A DNA stretch of 34,700 nucleotides from an uncultured archaeon (GTDB lineage Archaea > Asgardarchaeota > Heimdallarchaeia > Heimdallarchaeales > Heimdallarchaeaceae): the NCBI GenBank assembly GCA_964549075.1, contig CAZJUB010000007.1:4214-38913 (forward strand). Reading direction: 5' to 3'. A program made the translations under genes and the position numbers. Position 1 is the first letter of the stretch. Every line of letters begins with the position of its first letter. The notes beneath the pieces are model-generated. The model was not told the origin of the DNA and made no database searches. It saw only the letters and a program-made list of their open reading frames with translations. Positions 9,405 to 18,218 of this stretch are shown piece by piece.

Positions 9405-9788
9405 ATGATAAATGGCTTATCTCAAGATAAAAAAACAAGACTACTTAGTATTTTAAGAGATATATCCAGAGAGTGCAGTTTGAGTGCTATCGCAGTGGTT
9501 AGTTCTGAAGGTCAAGAACTTGCATTTTTCGCAGAAAAAAGTACAGATCAGGTCATAATGGCAGCATTAGCTTCTGCATTAAATTCAGCTGGTCAACAGA
9601 CTGTAAACCAGATTAAATGCGGGAATCTTGACCAAGTTATAATTAAAGGAACAGAAGGTTTTGTTATTCTACTTAATCTTGATCAATTTATAGTTCTAGC
9701 AGCCTCCAAGGACATCTATAGTTTGGCATTAGCTATGAATGTACTTACAAAATATGGTAAAAATGTTTATCAGGTTCTTATTTCTTAG
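9405..9788 (+). CDS. Roadblock/LC7 (MglB/LAMTOR-like) domain protein
   Basis: AIAVVSSEGQEL...IMAALASAL...CGNLDQVIIKGTEGFVIL is the Roadblock pattern; SD GAGG upstream. Confidence 0.9.
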   Translation: MINGLSQDKKTRLLSILRDISRECSLSAIAVVSSEGQELAFFAEKSTDQVIMAALASALNSAGQQTVNQIKCGNLDQVIIKGTEGFVILLNLDQFIVLAASKDIYSLALAMNVLTKYGKNVYQVLIS

Positions 9789-12600
9789 GTTTTTTTATTC
9801 TTATTAGAACAAAAAATATTATACACACTGCTATGGATATGAAAACAAGAGTAGGTCCCCATGAGTAATCTTCTATTATATAGACAGTCCAAGTTTTTGT
9901 TTCGGAAGGTGATCGTATGGATAACAAATATGTACCACTTGGTATAGGATAATTTTGAGGGGAAAAAATGAAACTATAATTGCCATTATTATAATCAATT
10001 ATATCACGATAAATAATTTTTATATCATATGATTGCTCAGGCAAAGATTCCAATGTTAGAAAGAAATCCCAACCAATCAATGGTCCAAACGAGTTATTTG
10101 CTGATAGAGAGATTTCTACATAGTCAGTTTTTTTAATCTCAGTTGTACTAATTGAATATTGAGTTGATAAGTCTGAGATTGCAGAAGAATACATTATATT
10201 TTCGTATAATTTGTAATTATCACCAAAATATAAAGATGAAAACTTTAGTTCATAGTCTAATGTAAAATCATTAAATAAGTATGGGGAATTCATAAACATA
10301 TCAATGCTATTAGCTGCTATAATCAAATTTCCTCCATTAGATCTCAGATCGGAATAAACAAATCTATTAGCAATAGTACTAATTGTATCATTCATTTTTA
10401 GAACTTCAAGAGGGGAGCATAATGAGAGAATATCTAACATATTATAGGATCTCGTAAGTGGATTTATAATTGACGATACATCAAGAGTTTCATTTTCAAT
10501 TAAGAGAGAGTTGTATGTTATATTGAAAGAGTCTAAAATAGAGTTCAAACCGTTTAAATCACTAACTCTAGTTGGGAAAAGGATTAATGTTTTACCAGTA
10601 TAAATCCCACCTGTTTTAATATAATTGAGAATAGATTCTTCATCATAGTTGGAGTAAGTATGCAATATCGAACTGTTATAATTGATAATAGAAAGGATTT
10701 CGTATTGATTCAAGTCTATATTAGCTATTCCTAAAGGATCACCATCTTTTGGTAATATTGTTGGAATCAAACCGAAATATTTTGAAATGGTTAATAGATT
10801 GTTCAAATTTCCATACATCGAATAACGAACATCTTCACCAATTTCATTACAATCATACAAAATTCTCCCTTTTCCTTCAACAGCAAAGTATGATATATCC
10901 AATTCATAACCAGTCAAGCCATCATAAAAATTCACTGGAAAATTATTGTAGCCTAAAATACCTTGAGTTGTAGCCATATCTACTAAAATATCATATTGGG
11001 CAACGTGTGGAAAGCGTGGTACATAAGTGAAACGTAGGGAAGGTTTCTGAGTATCATAATATTGCACCGAAAATGAATTTATGGGATTATTTACATAAAC
11101 ACTAACATAAGAACTATCGTATTCATTTAGATGAAAAACCTCTCTAGTATAGGGGAGTTGTTTTGGCCAGATGGTCAAAGCAGGAGGATCAATTAAGTAT
11201 ATTGCTGCTTCTGTAGCATTAATAAGACCAGCTCCTTGATAAATAGGAGGAATGGTTAATTCTTTTTTCTCACCCAAAGGTGTAAGTATTTGAGGTGATA
11301 TATCATTCGATGTATCTAAAAATGAGGCTTTAATTGTAGATGATTTTTTATCAGGAAAATACGATTTCAATAAAGCGCAAACACCAGATACAACAGCGGT
11401 TGAATAACTTGTCCCTGATACTATCGTAGTATTTTGATGATTGTAAGCAGTTGTATTTAGTTTCACACCTGGTGCTACAACATCAGGCTTCATCCAAGTA
11501 TTTTGGAGATTAATATCATTAAAAACAAAATTATCCATAAGAGAATCATAATTGATAGCTACTGGACCAGCACTGCTATATTTGTAAAGTATGAAATTAT
11601 TATCGATTGCTCCTATAGTAATTGCTTTTTTAGCTATTCCAGGAGTTAATAATGTAAACATGTCGTTATAGCCAAATTCTTCTTTTCCTCTAGTATTTCC
11701 TGCTGCAACACAAACAAGAGTATTATTTCCAACAGCATTATCTACAGCTTCTATTTCTGGAGACTCTTTATCAGTTACAAATGTGCCTAAAGAGAGATTG
11801 ATAATATCTGCATTGTTTTCAATAGCCCAGTCAATACCTTGTATTAATAACTCGATTGTTCCCTCTCCATTGTAATCTAAAATTTTTCCTATTAAAAAAC
11901 TACAATTAGGAGCTACACCTCTAGAATATCCGTGAAGACCATTTGCTCCTATCAGACCAGCAACGCTTGTACCATGCCCGTTATCATCTTCTACATCCGC
12001 ATTATTGCTGATAAAGTTCCAAGAATCAATAACTCTCAATTTATTACTCATAGTTTCATTTAATGCAAGATGGTCAACCATTATACCTGAATCAAGAATG
12101 GCGACTTTGATACCACCTCCATAAAAACCAGCATCCCACAAATTATCAGCAGAAACCATCTCAGTGAAATTTGTTATTTCTTGAGTACAATTCAGTACAT
12201 TTAAAGAATATTCATCGTCTGTTTTGTATATCTTTGCGTTTTCCCAAACGCTAGCAATTATACCATCAAATATTAGCTCAAGTAATGTTGATTTCGAAAG
12301 AGTTACAACTACACCAGAATAGCTTACAAACGTATCGAAATTTTTACCGACTCGTCTAAGTATGTTGTACGAATCTCTTCCGTATGTTTTGATAAAGACT
12401 CTGAATTCATTTGTTAGATTTGATTCTATTATTTCATTCAATAACTGTTTTCCTTTGATAATATCTTTCAATTCTATCTTCTTATGTGGGCTGATAGAAG
12501 AGGTAAATTCTGTTTTTTGTGCGTACGATGAGTAAGTAAACATACAACAGCTAATAAAAAAGATAAACAAAACTTTCCTAAATTTAGGTTTTCGTAGCAC
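9778..12600 (-). CDS. Membrane-anchored S8 subtilisin-like serine protease with S1P/SKI-1-like architecture
   Basis: Signal peptide; catalytic motifs VAILDSG (Asp), GHGTSVAG (His), AAGN (oxyanion) and SGTSYST (Ser); KPDVVAPG; a later RILYD...QYEILSI...ILNYIKTGG domain; C-terminal TM helix followed by RIKKPKK. Confidence 0.9.
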   Translation of the reverse strand: MLRKPKFRKVLFIFFISCCMFTYSSYAQKTEFTSSISPHKKIELKDIIKGKQLLNEIIESNLTNEFRVFIKTYGRDSYNILRRVGKNFDTFVSYSGVVVTLSKSTLLELIFDGIIASVWENAKIYKTDDEYSLNVLNCTQEITNFTEMVSADNLWDAGFYGGGIKVAILDSGIMVDHLALNETMSNKLRVIDSWNFISNNADVEDDNGHGTSVAGLIGANGLHGYSRGVAPNCSFLIGKILDYNGEGTIELLIQGIDWAIENNADIINLSLGTFVTDKESPEIEAVDNAVGNNTLVCVAAGNTRGKEEFGYNDMFTLLTPGIAKKAITIGAIDNNFILYKYSSAGPVAINYDSLMDNFVFNDINLQNTWMKPDVVAPGVKLNTTAYNHQNTTIVSGTSYSTAVVSGVCALLKSYFPDKKSSTIKASFLDTSNDISPQILTPLGEKKELTIPPIYQGAGLINATEAAIYLIDPPALTIWPKQLPYTREVFHLNEYDSSYVSVYVNNPINSFSVQYYDTQKPSLRFTYVPRFPHVAQYDILVDMATTQGILGYNNFPVNFYDGLTGYELDISYFAVEGKGRILYDCNEIGEDVRYSMYGNLNNLLTISKYFGLIPTILPKDGDPLGIANIDLNQYEILSIINYNSSILHTYSNYDEESILNYIKTGGIYTGKTLILFPTRVSDLNGLNSILDSFNITYNSLLIENETLDVSSIINPLTRSYNMLDILSLCSPLEVLKMNDTISTIANRFVYSDLRSNGGNLIIAANSIDMFMNSPYLFNDFTLDYELKFSSLYFGDNYKLYENIMYSSAISDLSTQYSISTTEIKKTDYVEISLSANNSFGPLIGWDFFLTLESLPEQSYDIKIIYRDIIDYNNGNYSFIFSPQNYPIPSGTYLLSIRSPSETKTWTVYIIEDYSWGPTLVFISIAVCIIFFVLIRIKKPKK

Positions 12601-12645
12601 AAGAAGACTAGTCTATTTTCATATAAAAATTTAAGCACTTACTCT

Positions 12646-13509
12646 CTACTGATTTTTCTCCATGCTTGTAAGAGCATCTTGAAGACTGTTCAAAATAATA
12701 GTGGGAGCAGTTTCCTCTGTTAAAGTGCCTAAATCAGACATTTGAGTCACTCCCGTCATAACTAAACATGTGTCCATCCCCAAACGATTTGCGCCTAAAA
12801 TATCTGTTTCGATTCTATCACCAAACATGATAGTTTTTTCTATAGTAGAATTAGCTAGTTGTACAGCTGATTTATACATTTCAGGTTCTGGCTTTCCTAT
12901 TATTAATTCTATTTTTCTTCCAGATAATTCCTCTAAAATTTTAATCATAGCACCTCCACCTAGTATTAATCCTTTTACTGTAGGGAAAGTAAAATCAGCA
13001 TTTGTAGCAATAAATCTTATATGATCATAATTTTGAAGAAGATGTACAGCTCTAGTGATTTTAGTATAATTTAATGTTCGATCCATTCCGATTACAAGAC
13101 AATCTACTTTAGCAAAATCAAAATCAAAAATATCTTCATCTAGACTTTCTTTCCAGTTATTAAGCACATTCAAACCAACTGCTCTTAATTCACTTTTCAG
13201 ACCTTCCTCGCCAATAACATAAATATTTGCATTTGGAATATTATTAGCCATATATCTTGCTGTTAAATAAGAAGAAGTCAAAATATTTTCAGTTGAAATG
13301 ACAATACCCATATTCTTTAATTTTAATTGAAAATCTTCTCGAGTTTTTGTACTGTTGTTAGTTAAAATAAAAACTTGCTTTTGTTTTTCGGATAATAGTT
13401 TAAGAAAAGCTATTGCTCCATCCAAAGGTTCAGATTCTTTGTATAGAACTCCATCTCCATCAAAGAGGAAAGTACTAAAATCATCTAGCATATCGATCAA
13501 AATATTCAT
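12646..13509 (-). CDS. HAD-IIA family hydrolase (NagD-like phosphatase)
   Basis: Motifs FDGDGVL, LTNNS, FIATNAD, IGKPEP and FGDRIETDILGA. Confidence 0.93.
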   Translation of the reverse strand: MNILIDMLDDFSTFLFDGDGVLYKESEPLDGAIAFLKLLSEKQKQVFILTNNSTKTREDFQLKLKNMGIVISTENILTSSYLTARYMANNIPNANIYVIGEEGLKSELRAVGLNVLNNWKESLDEDIFDFDFAKVDCLVIGMDRTLNYTKITRAVHLLQNYDHIRFIATNADFTFPTVKGLILGGGAMIKILEELSGRKIELIIGKPEPEMYKSAVQLANSTIEKTIMFGDRIETDILGANRLGMDTCLVMTGVTQMSDLGTLTEETAPTIILNSLQDALTSMEKNQ

Positions 13510-13576
13510 GGAAAAGGATTATTTAACAATTATGAAATAATTACTTTAATCAAAATAAGGTGGAAGCAATTTCCAA

Positions 13577-13590
13577 ACTTTTATTATACA
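13577..13590 (+). promoter_or_regulatory. Putative archaeal TATA box for the 499-aa membrane protein gene
   Basis: AAACTTTTATTATA lies about 25 bp upstream of ATG 13610, in the divergent intergenic region. The AT-rich background weakens this call. Confidence 0.3.
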
Positions 13591-13609
13591 CTGAAGGAAA
13601 TACATAACC

Positions 13610-15109
13610 ATGTCATATGTCGAGAAGGCTTTCTACAAATATGTAAAAAACATTTTGACAAGTGGACTGCGTGTTCTCTTTAGTAAGAAGTATATCTTTT
13701 ATACAGTTGCTTTTATTTTGATTTCTATAACAACAACCGTCTTCTATCTTATTAGGAAGTATACCACCAACCTGATTCCAGAAGTAGTAGCTGAGGTTCT
13801 AATTTCTATTGAATTATCTATGGCAATTACTTACATTATATTCGGTTTATTTTTTTCTAAATATCCTTTCAAATACTGGGTACCACCAGCTTTTATTGTG
13901 ACTGCAGGAGGAGCAGTGATGTTTTTTTTCCTCCCTCAGATATCACCATATGTTGCTGCTATTAGTTATTTATGCTGGATTGTGGTTTCAGTCTTCCTAA
14001 CATTCTCATTATCAAGAAACTTTTGGGGTGGTAAGGTTCTCGGTAGTATTATGTTTTTAGGAAAAAAAGCTGACGAAGGTACCATAGTTTTCAGTGGTGT
14101 AGTTTTTTTCTTCACGTTGATTAATACTGCCATGGCAGGTTATGTTACATATGATACAATTAGAAGATTCATTATTTCAGGTTATTCTTCAGAATCACTT
14201 ACAAGCTTTGTTTTTATGCTAGTAACAATCTTTTTTGCAATAATTGCGATTATAATAGTTAATATAATCATTTTTGCTCTTGGCAAAACTGATGATGTAT
14301 TTTACACAATCCTTGCATTTTTCTATGTATTTTCTTCTTTTACTCTTTGGAAATTAGCAATTTATACATTCAGGTACAGAGATTCAACAAAGATAATTCC
14401 ATATGACAATATTGGAAGTATCATTGTAGCCTTATTTCTTATTTTATACTCTGTATCTAATTATGCTAAAAAAGTTAAAAGGATCGAAAAAAGACTAGAT
14501 ATAGAAGTTATCTTAGAGGAAGTGAAACCAAAAAAAAGGAAAGCTATTGAAGAATTTGAGGTAGAGAAAGAATGGGGTATGTTAAAAATACCTGGGTTTA
14601 TGGGTCCTTTGGGAGTTTTAATGACAATAATGGGTTTAATTTTAGGATATCATGTCACTATCCTGCAATTTATTGCAACTGAAGATTTCTTTACTCAGAC
14701 ATTTTTCTCTTTAAGCGATTTAGTCGGTTTAAAAGATAAATTTGCAATTATATTAATTCCTCTACTCATAATTTATTTTTTGTTTACTTACAGATGGTCA
14801 GAGAGATTTCGAAATTATGCTTCACCTGAACTCTATAGATTCGAATTTTTACCTCCTTTTGAAGAACTTGAAGAAAGATTAGAAAGAATCAAACGAGGAG
14901 AAGATTCATGGAAAACTTATGCCAATATGGTTCTTAAAGAAGGGGTAAAATTTGGCATGAAATCAGCTGCTACGAAAGTATTTGTTTCTCCTACAAAAAA
15001 AGTAGCTGGTGCTATAGGAGGAGCATACACCAAAACGAAAAGTGGAATCGGAAAAATCTTTAGAAGAAAGAAGAAAGCAGATGAAAACTTGGAGGAAGGA
15101 GATGAATAA
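13610..15109 (+). CDS. Polytopic integral membrane protein of unknown function
   Basis: About 11-12 hydrophobic segments, a charged loop (KKVKRIEKRL...) and a basic/amphipathic C-terminal tail. Confidence 0.8.
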   Translation: MSYVEKAFYKYVKNILTSGLRVLFSKKYIFYTVAFILISITTTVFYLIRKYTTNLIPEVVAEVLISIELSMAITYIIFGLFFSKYPFKYWVPPAFIVTAGGAVMFFFLPQISPYVAAISYLCWIVVSVFLTFSLSRNFWGGKVLGSIMFLGKKADEGTIVFSGVVFFFTLINTAMAGYVTYDTIRRFIISGYSSESLTSFVFMLVTIFFAIIAIIIVNIIIFALGKTDDVFYTILAFFYVFSSFTLWKLAIYTFRYRDSTKIIPYDNIGSIIVALFLILYSVSNYAKKVKRIEKRLDIEVILEEVKPKKRKAIEEFEVEKEWGMLKIPGFMGPLGVLMTIMGLILGYHVTILQFIATEDFFTQTFFSLSDLVGLKDKFAIILIPLLIIYFLFTYRWSERFRNYASPELYRFEFLPPFEELEERLERIKRGEDSWKTYANMVLKEGVKFGMKSAATKVFVSPTKKVAGAIGGAYTKTKSGIGKIFRRKKKADENLEEGDE

Positions 15110-15117
15110 AAGAGATT

Positions 15118-17235
15118 TTATTTATCAATCTCTAGTTTAGAAATATATTCTATGAAGAATTTTTTCACTTTTTTAGCTTCGCCTTCATAATACTTGAAGG
15201 ATCCAACAACCTCATGACCTCCACCTTCAACACCAGCATTAGGTAGTTTTTTCTGCATTAATTTTACTGCTTCAGGAAAGTTAATTTGAAGAGCTTTTGA
15301 CCTTAAAATAATGAAATCTGGTCCTTCACCTAACGTAACTACTGCTTTATCCTTATTCTCATTACAATAATAATCAAAAACCAATCCTGTCAACTTTCCA
15401 GGATTAGGAAATGTAAATTTGTGTGAAAAAAGTTCTACATCAATAGTAACCAATAGTACGTTGTTTTCCAATGTTTTAACATGGCTATTTGGTAATGTAT
15501 TCTTTAGTGCTTTGTCTAACAAACTTTTTGTCTCATTTCCAATTAAGTTAAACATATTGTTATGCCATTCTGGATCTGTTTCTACTCCAAATAATATTTT
15601 AATTAGATTGTAACCTTCTGAGTATCTAAGTTGATATACCTCAAAGTCAACAGAGAGACCTATTTTCTGTAAATCTCCAATCGAATATCCTTTCTTTTCC
15701 GCTAATTTTATATATTGATCTATTTCATTTCCTTCCACTCGATCCATTAAACCAGCAATAGCAGGCAAATGTTGTAACTCTTCGTGAATTTCAGGATATA
15801 TAATTCGAGCAAGTTCAAATCCTAGCATCCCAGCAGAAAGCTCATATCCTCCTCCTACAAAATAAGGATTTACAAGTATATCAACCAAATCTTTAATTTC
15901 ATTTTCAGGAAAATGATGATCTACAACAAGAATCTCTAAACCTAGGGATTTAATTTGTAGATAAGGAAATAAGGACTCTGTACTTGAGCCAAAATCCATA
16001 CAAATATATAATGGAAGTTTGTCTCCAAACCTTTCTTGGTCTGATAAAGCAAAATCTAGATCCTTTGTTACGTCAATAACATCAAAAAAAGGAGGTTTAT
16101 TAGGAAGACGTTTAAGACGGATTCGAATTGTATCAGCATCATATCCTTCTTGAAGCATGAGCTTCTGAATTGCATGTTGTACAGCAAAACCTGCAATTGT
16201 TCCATCAGCATCAGCATGATTACGAACATATATGGGTTGTCCTGTAAATACTGCTTTTCTAATTCTCTTTGCTACTTCTACTAAATCTGGCTTTAGTTTT
16301 TCTAGTAACTGACTCTTAATCGAGAATTTAAAATCAGCAGGTACTGATTTATCATCTAATGCTTTTTCTATTTCTTCCAACATTCCAACTGTTTCAGAAG
16401 TATTTAATTCTTCCATATCACTTACTTCAATTTGAAGAATTTCTCGATGCTTGTTGATTTCTCCAAAGACATTTACAACCATATCTTCAGTGATTTCAGG
16501 AAATGCTCTTTCACCAGGTCTTATAAAAGCTGCAGAGCTAATTGTTCCAGAAGGATCTACCAAGGTAAACCTTGTTGGTCCAGAAGTCTGAAGAATTGAA
16601 ACTACTTTAGCGTTTATAGAGATAAACGAACCTTCCATACCTTCTTTTAAATCTTTAATTTGAAACTTTCTTACCTTACCTCTTAAGGATTCCACAGTAT
16701 AATCGTCAAGATGAACAGGTATTCCGAACAATTTTCCTTGCTCATTTATGAAATTAATTCTTACGATAATTTCTTCACCAATATCCCAAGCATAATCTTG
16801 AGTGATATCTTTGGTTCTAATTAAGACGTTAAGATTGGGAGCTAGAGAAACAAAAACACCAATGTTCTTTACACTTTCCACTCTAGAAAGCATTAACATG
16901 TCTTTTCTAATTAGCTGTGAATCTATAGGAGGTTTTAATCTATAGACTAATGGTATTTTTCTATCCTCACATTTTGGACATAATCCAGAAGCAGAGGGAA
17001 CAGTTAGAATTTTTCTACATGAACTACAATATTTCACTGTCTTTTTACCATTACAAGTTGGGCATTTTTCGCGAATGATAATTTTACCCTTTCCATTACA
17101 TTGTTCACAAATATCTCCCCCCTCATCTCCACCTAGTGTGAATGAAGTCTTGCCTATTCCAAGACAACTGGGACATATCATTTTTTCTTTGATAATCTTA
17201 CCATGACCTTTACATGTTGGACATGTTGAACTCAA
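15118..17235 (-). CDS. Archaeal RecJ-like DHH exonuclease with DnaJ-type Zn finger and S1/OB folds (COG1107-type)
   Basis: Repeated CxxCxGxG (CPTCKGHG, CPSCLGIG, CEQCNGKG, CPTCNGK); S1-like GVFVSL; OB fold QTSGPTRFTL; DHH motifs NHADADG, MDFGS, VDHH and GGGH. SD AGGTGA precedes the TTG. Confidence 0.92.
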   Translation of the reverse strand: MSSTCPTCKGHGKIIKEKMICPSCLGIGKTSFTLGGDEGGDICEQCNGKGKIIIREKCPTCNGKKTVKYCSSCRKILTVPSASGLCPKCEDRKIPLVYRLKPPIDSQLIRKDMLMLSRVESVKNIGVFVSLAPNLNVLIRTKDITQDYAWDIGEEIIVRINFINEQGKLFGIPVHLDDYTVESLRGKVRKFQIKDLKEGMEGSFISINAKVVSILQTSGPTRFTLVDPSGTISSAAFIRPGERAFPEITEDMVVNVFGEINKHREILQIEVSDMEELNTSETVGMLEEIEKALDDKSVPADFKFSIKSQLLEKLKPDLVEVAKRIRKAVFTGQPIYVRNHADADGTIAGFAVQHAIQKLMLQEGYDADTIRIRLKRLPNKPPFFDVIDVTKDLDFALSDQERFGDKLPLYICMDFGSSTESLFPYLQIKSLGLEILVVDHHFPENEIKDLVDILVNPYFVGGGYELSAGMLGFELARIIYPEIHEELQHLPAIAGLMDRVEGNEIDQYIKLAEKKGYSIGDLQKIGLSVDFEVYQLRYSEGYNLIKILFGVETDPEWHNNMFNLIGNETKSLLDKALKNTLPNSHVKTLENNVLLVTIDVELFSHKFTFPNPGKLTGLVFDYYCNENKDKAVVTLGEGPDFIILRSKALQINFPEAVKLMQKKLPNAGVEGGGHEVVGSFKYYEGEAKKVKKFFIEYISKLEIDK

Positions 17236-17300
17236 ATCATTTCACCTTTATAATACGATTGAAAAAGAGATAATGTATAGAAAAGAATTATGATATTAGT

Positions 17301-17687
17301 TCAATCAGGAATGAGAGCAATTTCACTATAATTTAGCAACCTAGTAAATATAAGATTTCCAATCTCAAGTTTAAGCTTATCAGGGTCCTCTGCATATCTT
17401 TCTGCTGCACTATAAATTTTCATAGAAAGTTCAGCATCTCCGAAGACATAATGAATGTAAAAAGCTAAATCTCGAGTCCCCGAAGATTGATCAAATTCTT
17501 CACAAGAACAAACATGTGCTTTTAAAACCTCAGGTTCGAGATTAGTTACACATTCATACAACTCTTCTAATGTTGTACAAGTACAAAGAACACCTTTGGT
17601 ATGAGGAGAAATGAATTGGAACCTTGCATTAGGACCTTCTTCTCCACTGGCCATTTTTGCCAATACTTTCAGAGTTGTTAAATCCAC
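17301..17687 (-). CDS. DUF5752-like small helical protein
   Basis: FQFISPHTKG..CTCTTLEELYECVTNLEPEVLKAH....DLAFYIHYVFGDAELSMKI follows the recalled F.F...G..A.sLeEl....l..H....Df..wi..v.gD.eLa..i pattern. SD GAGGT precedes the GTG. Confidence 0.6.
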   Translation of the reverse strand: MDLTTLKVLAKMASGEEGPNARFQFISPHTKGVLCTCTTLEELYECVTNLEPEVLKAHVCSCEEFDQSSGTRDLAFYIHYVFGDAELSMKIYSAAERYAEDPDKLKLEIGNLIFTRLLNYSEIALIPD

Positions 17688-17711
17688 AATTTTGACCTCA
17701 GTTAAATTTTC

Positions 17712-18101
17712 TTATCTAATCATCATTGGAGATAAACTTTGTAATAATCGCTTAATATTATGCTCCAATAATCCTCTGTTTTCTTCTTTTGTGGTTATTA
17801 TTACAGCATAGTAGTCATCACCAATAGGTCGAAGATAAACTAAATGATCTCTTTCTTCTATTGTTACACTCATGAGAGTGAAATCTTTCATTAATTGTTG
17901 TAATGACTCCTTAGCCAATGAGAGCATTTTCTCACTTAACCATTGAATCACGAGTCTTTCAAATTTTTGCGATGATTCTGCTAAGAGCAAAGCATCTTTA
18001 GCATAGATAATCGAGCATCCTAATACTCCTTCAGTGTTTGATTCAAACTCGTGCAACATTTGTTCGATTTGTTGTCCAGACAGACTCATTGCATCCACCA
18101 A
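17712..18101 (-). CDS. Roadblock/LC7-like domain protein
   Basis: Helix - TEGVLGCSIIYAKDALLLAES - helix - SVTIEERDHLVYLRPIGDDYYAVIITTKEENRGLL gives the alpha-beta-beta-alpha-beta-beta-beta-alpha topology. Confidence 0.8.
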   Translation of the reverse strand: MVDAMSLSGQQIEQMLHEFESNTEGVLGCSIIYAKDALLLAESSQKFERLVIQWLSEKMLSLAKESLQQLMKDFTLMSVTIEERDHLVYLRPIGDDYYAVIITTKEENRGLLEHNIKRLLQSLSPMMIR

Positions 18102-18218
18102 TTCTTGGGTAACTACTAGAATTAATAGTATATCAATCTTATCTTTATTCTCGCTGATTCATAAGATATGAAAGAAAAGAGTATTTAAGCACAAAGATAA
18201 CTGCTTAAGTTAGCTTTA

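Noticed and set aside
8149-12613. GACTAGTC palindrome upstream of both argS (8149) and the S8 gene (12606), plus AAGTATATACTT at 8189-8200
   Set aside because: Only two copies at inconsistent distances from the starts, and CTAG-containing and AT palindromes are common here, so this is indistinguishable from chance.
16960-17235. DnaJ chaperone call from the CxxCxGxG repeats
   Set aside because: There is no J-domain or HPD motif; the repeats belong to the known COG1107 RecJ-like architecture.
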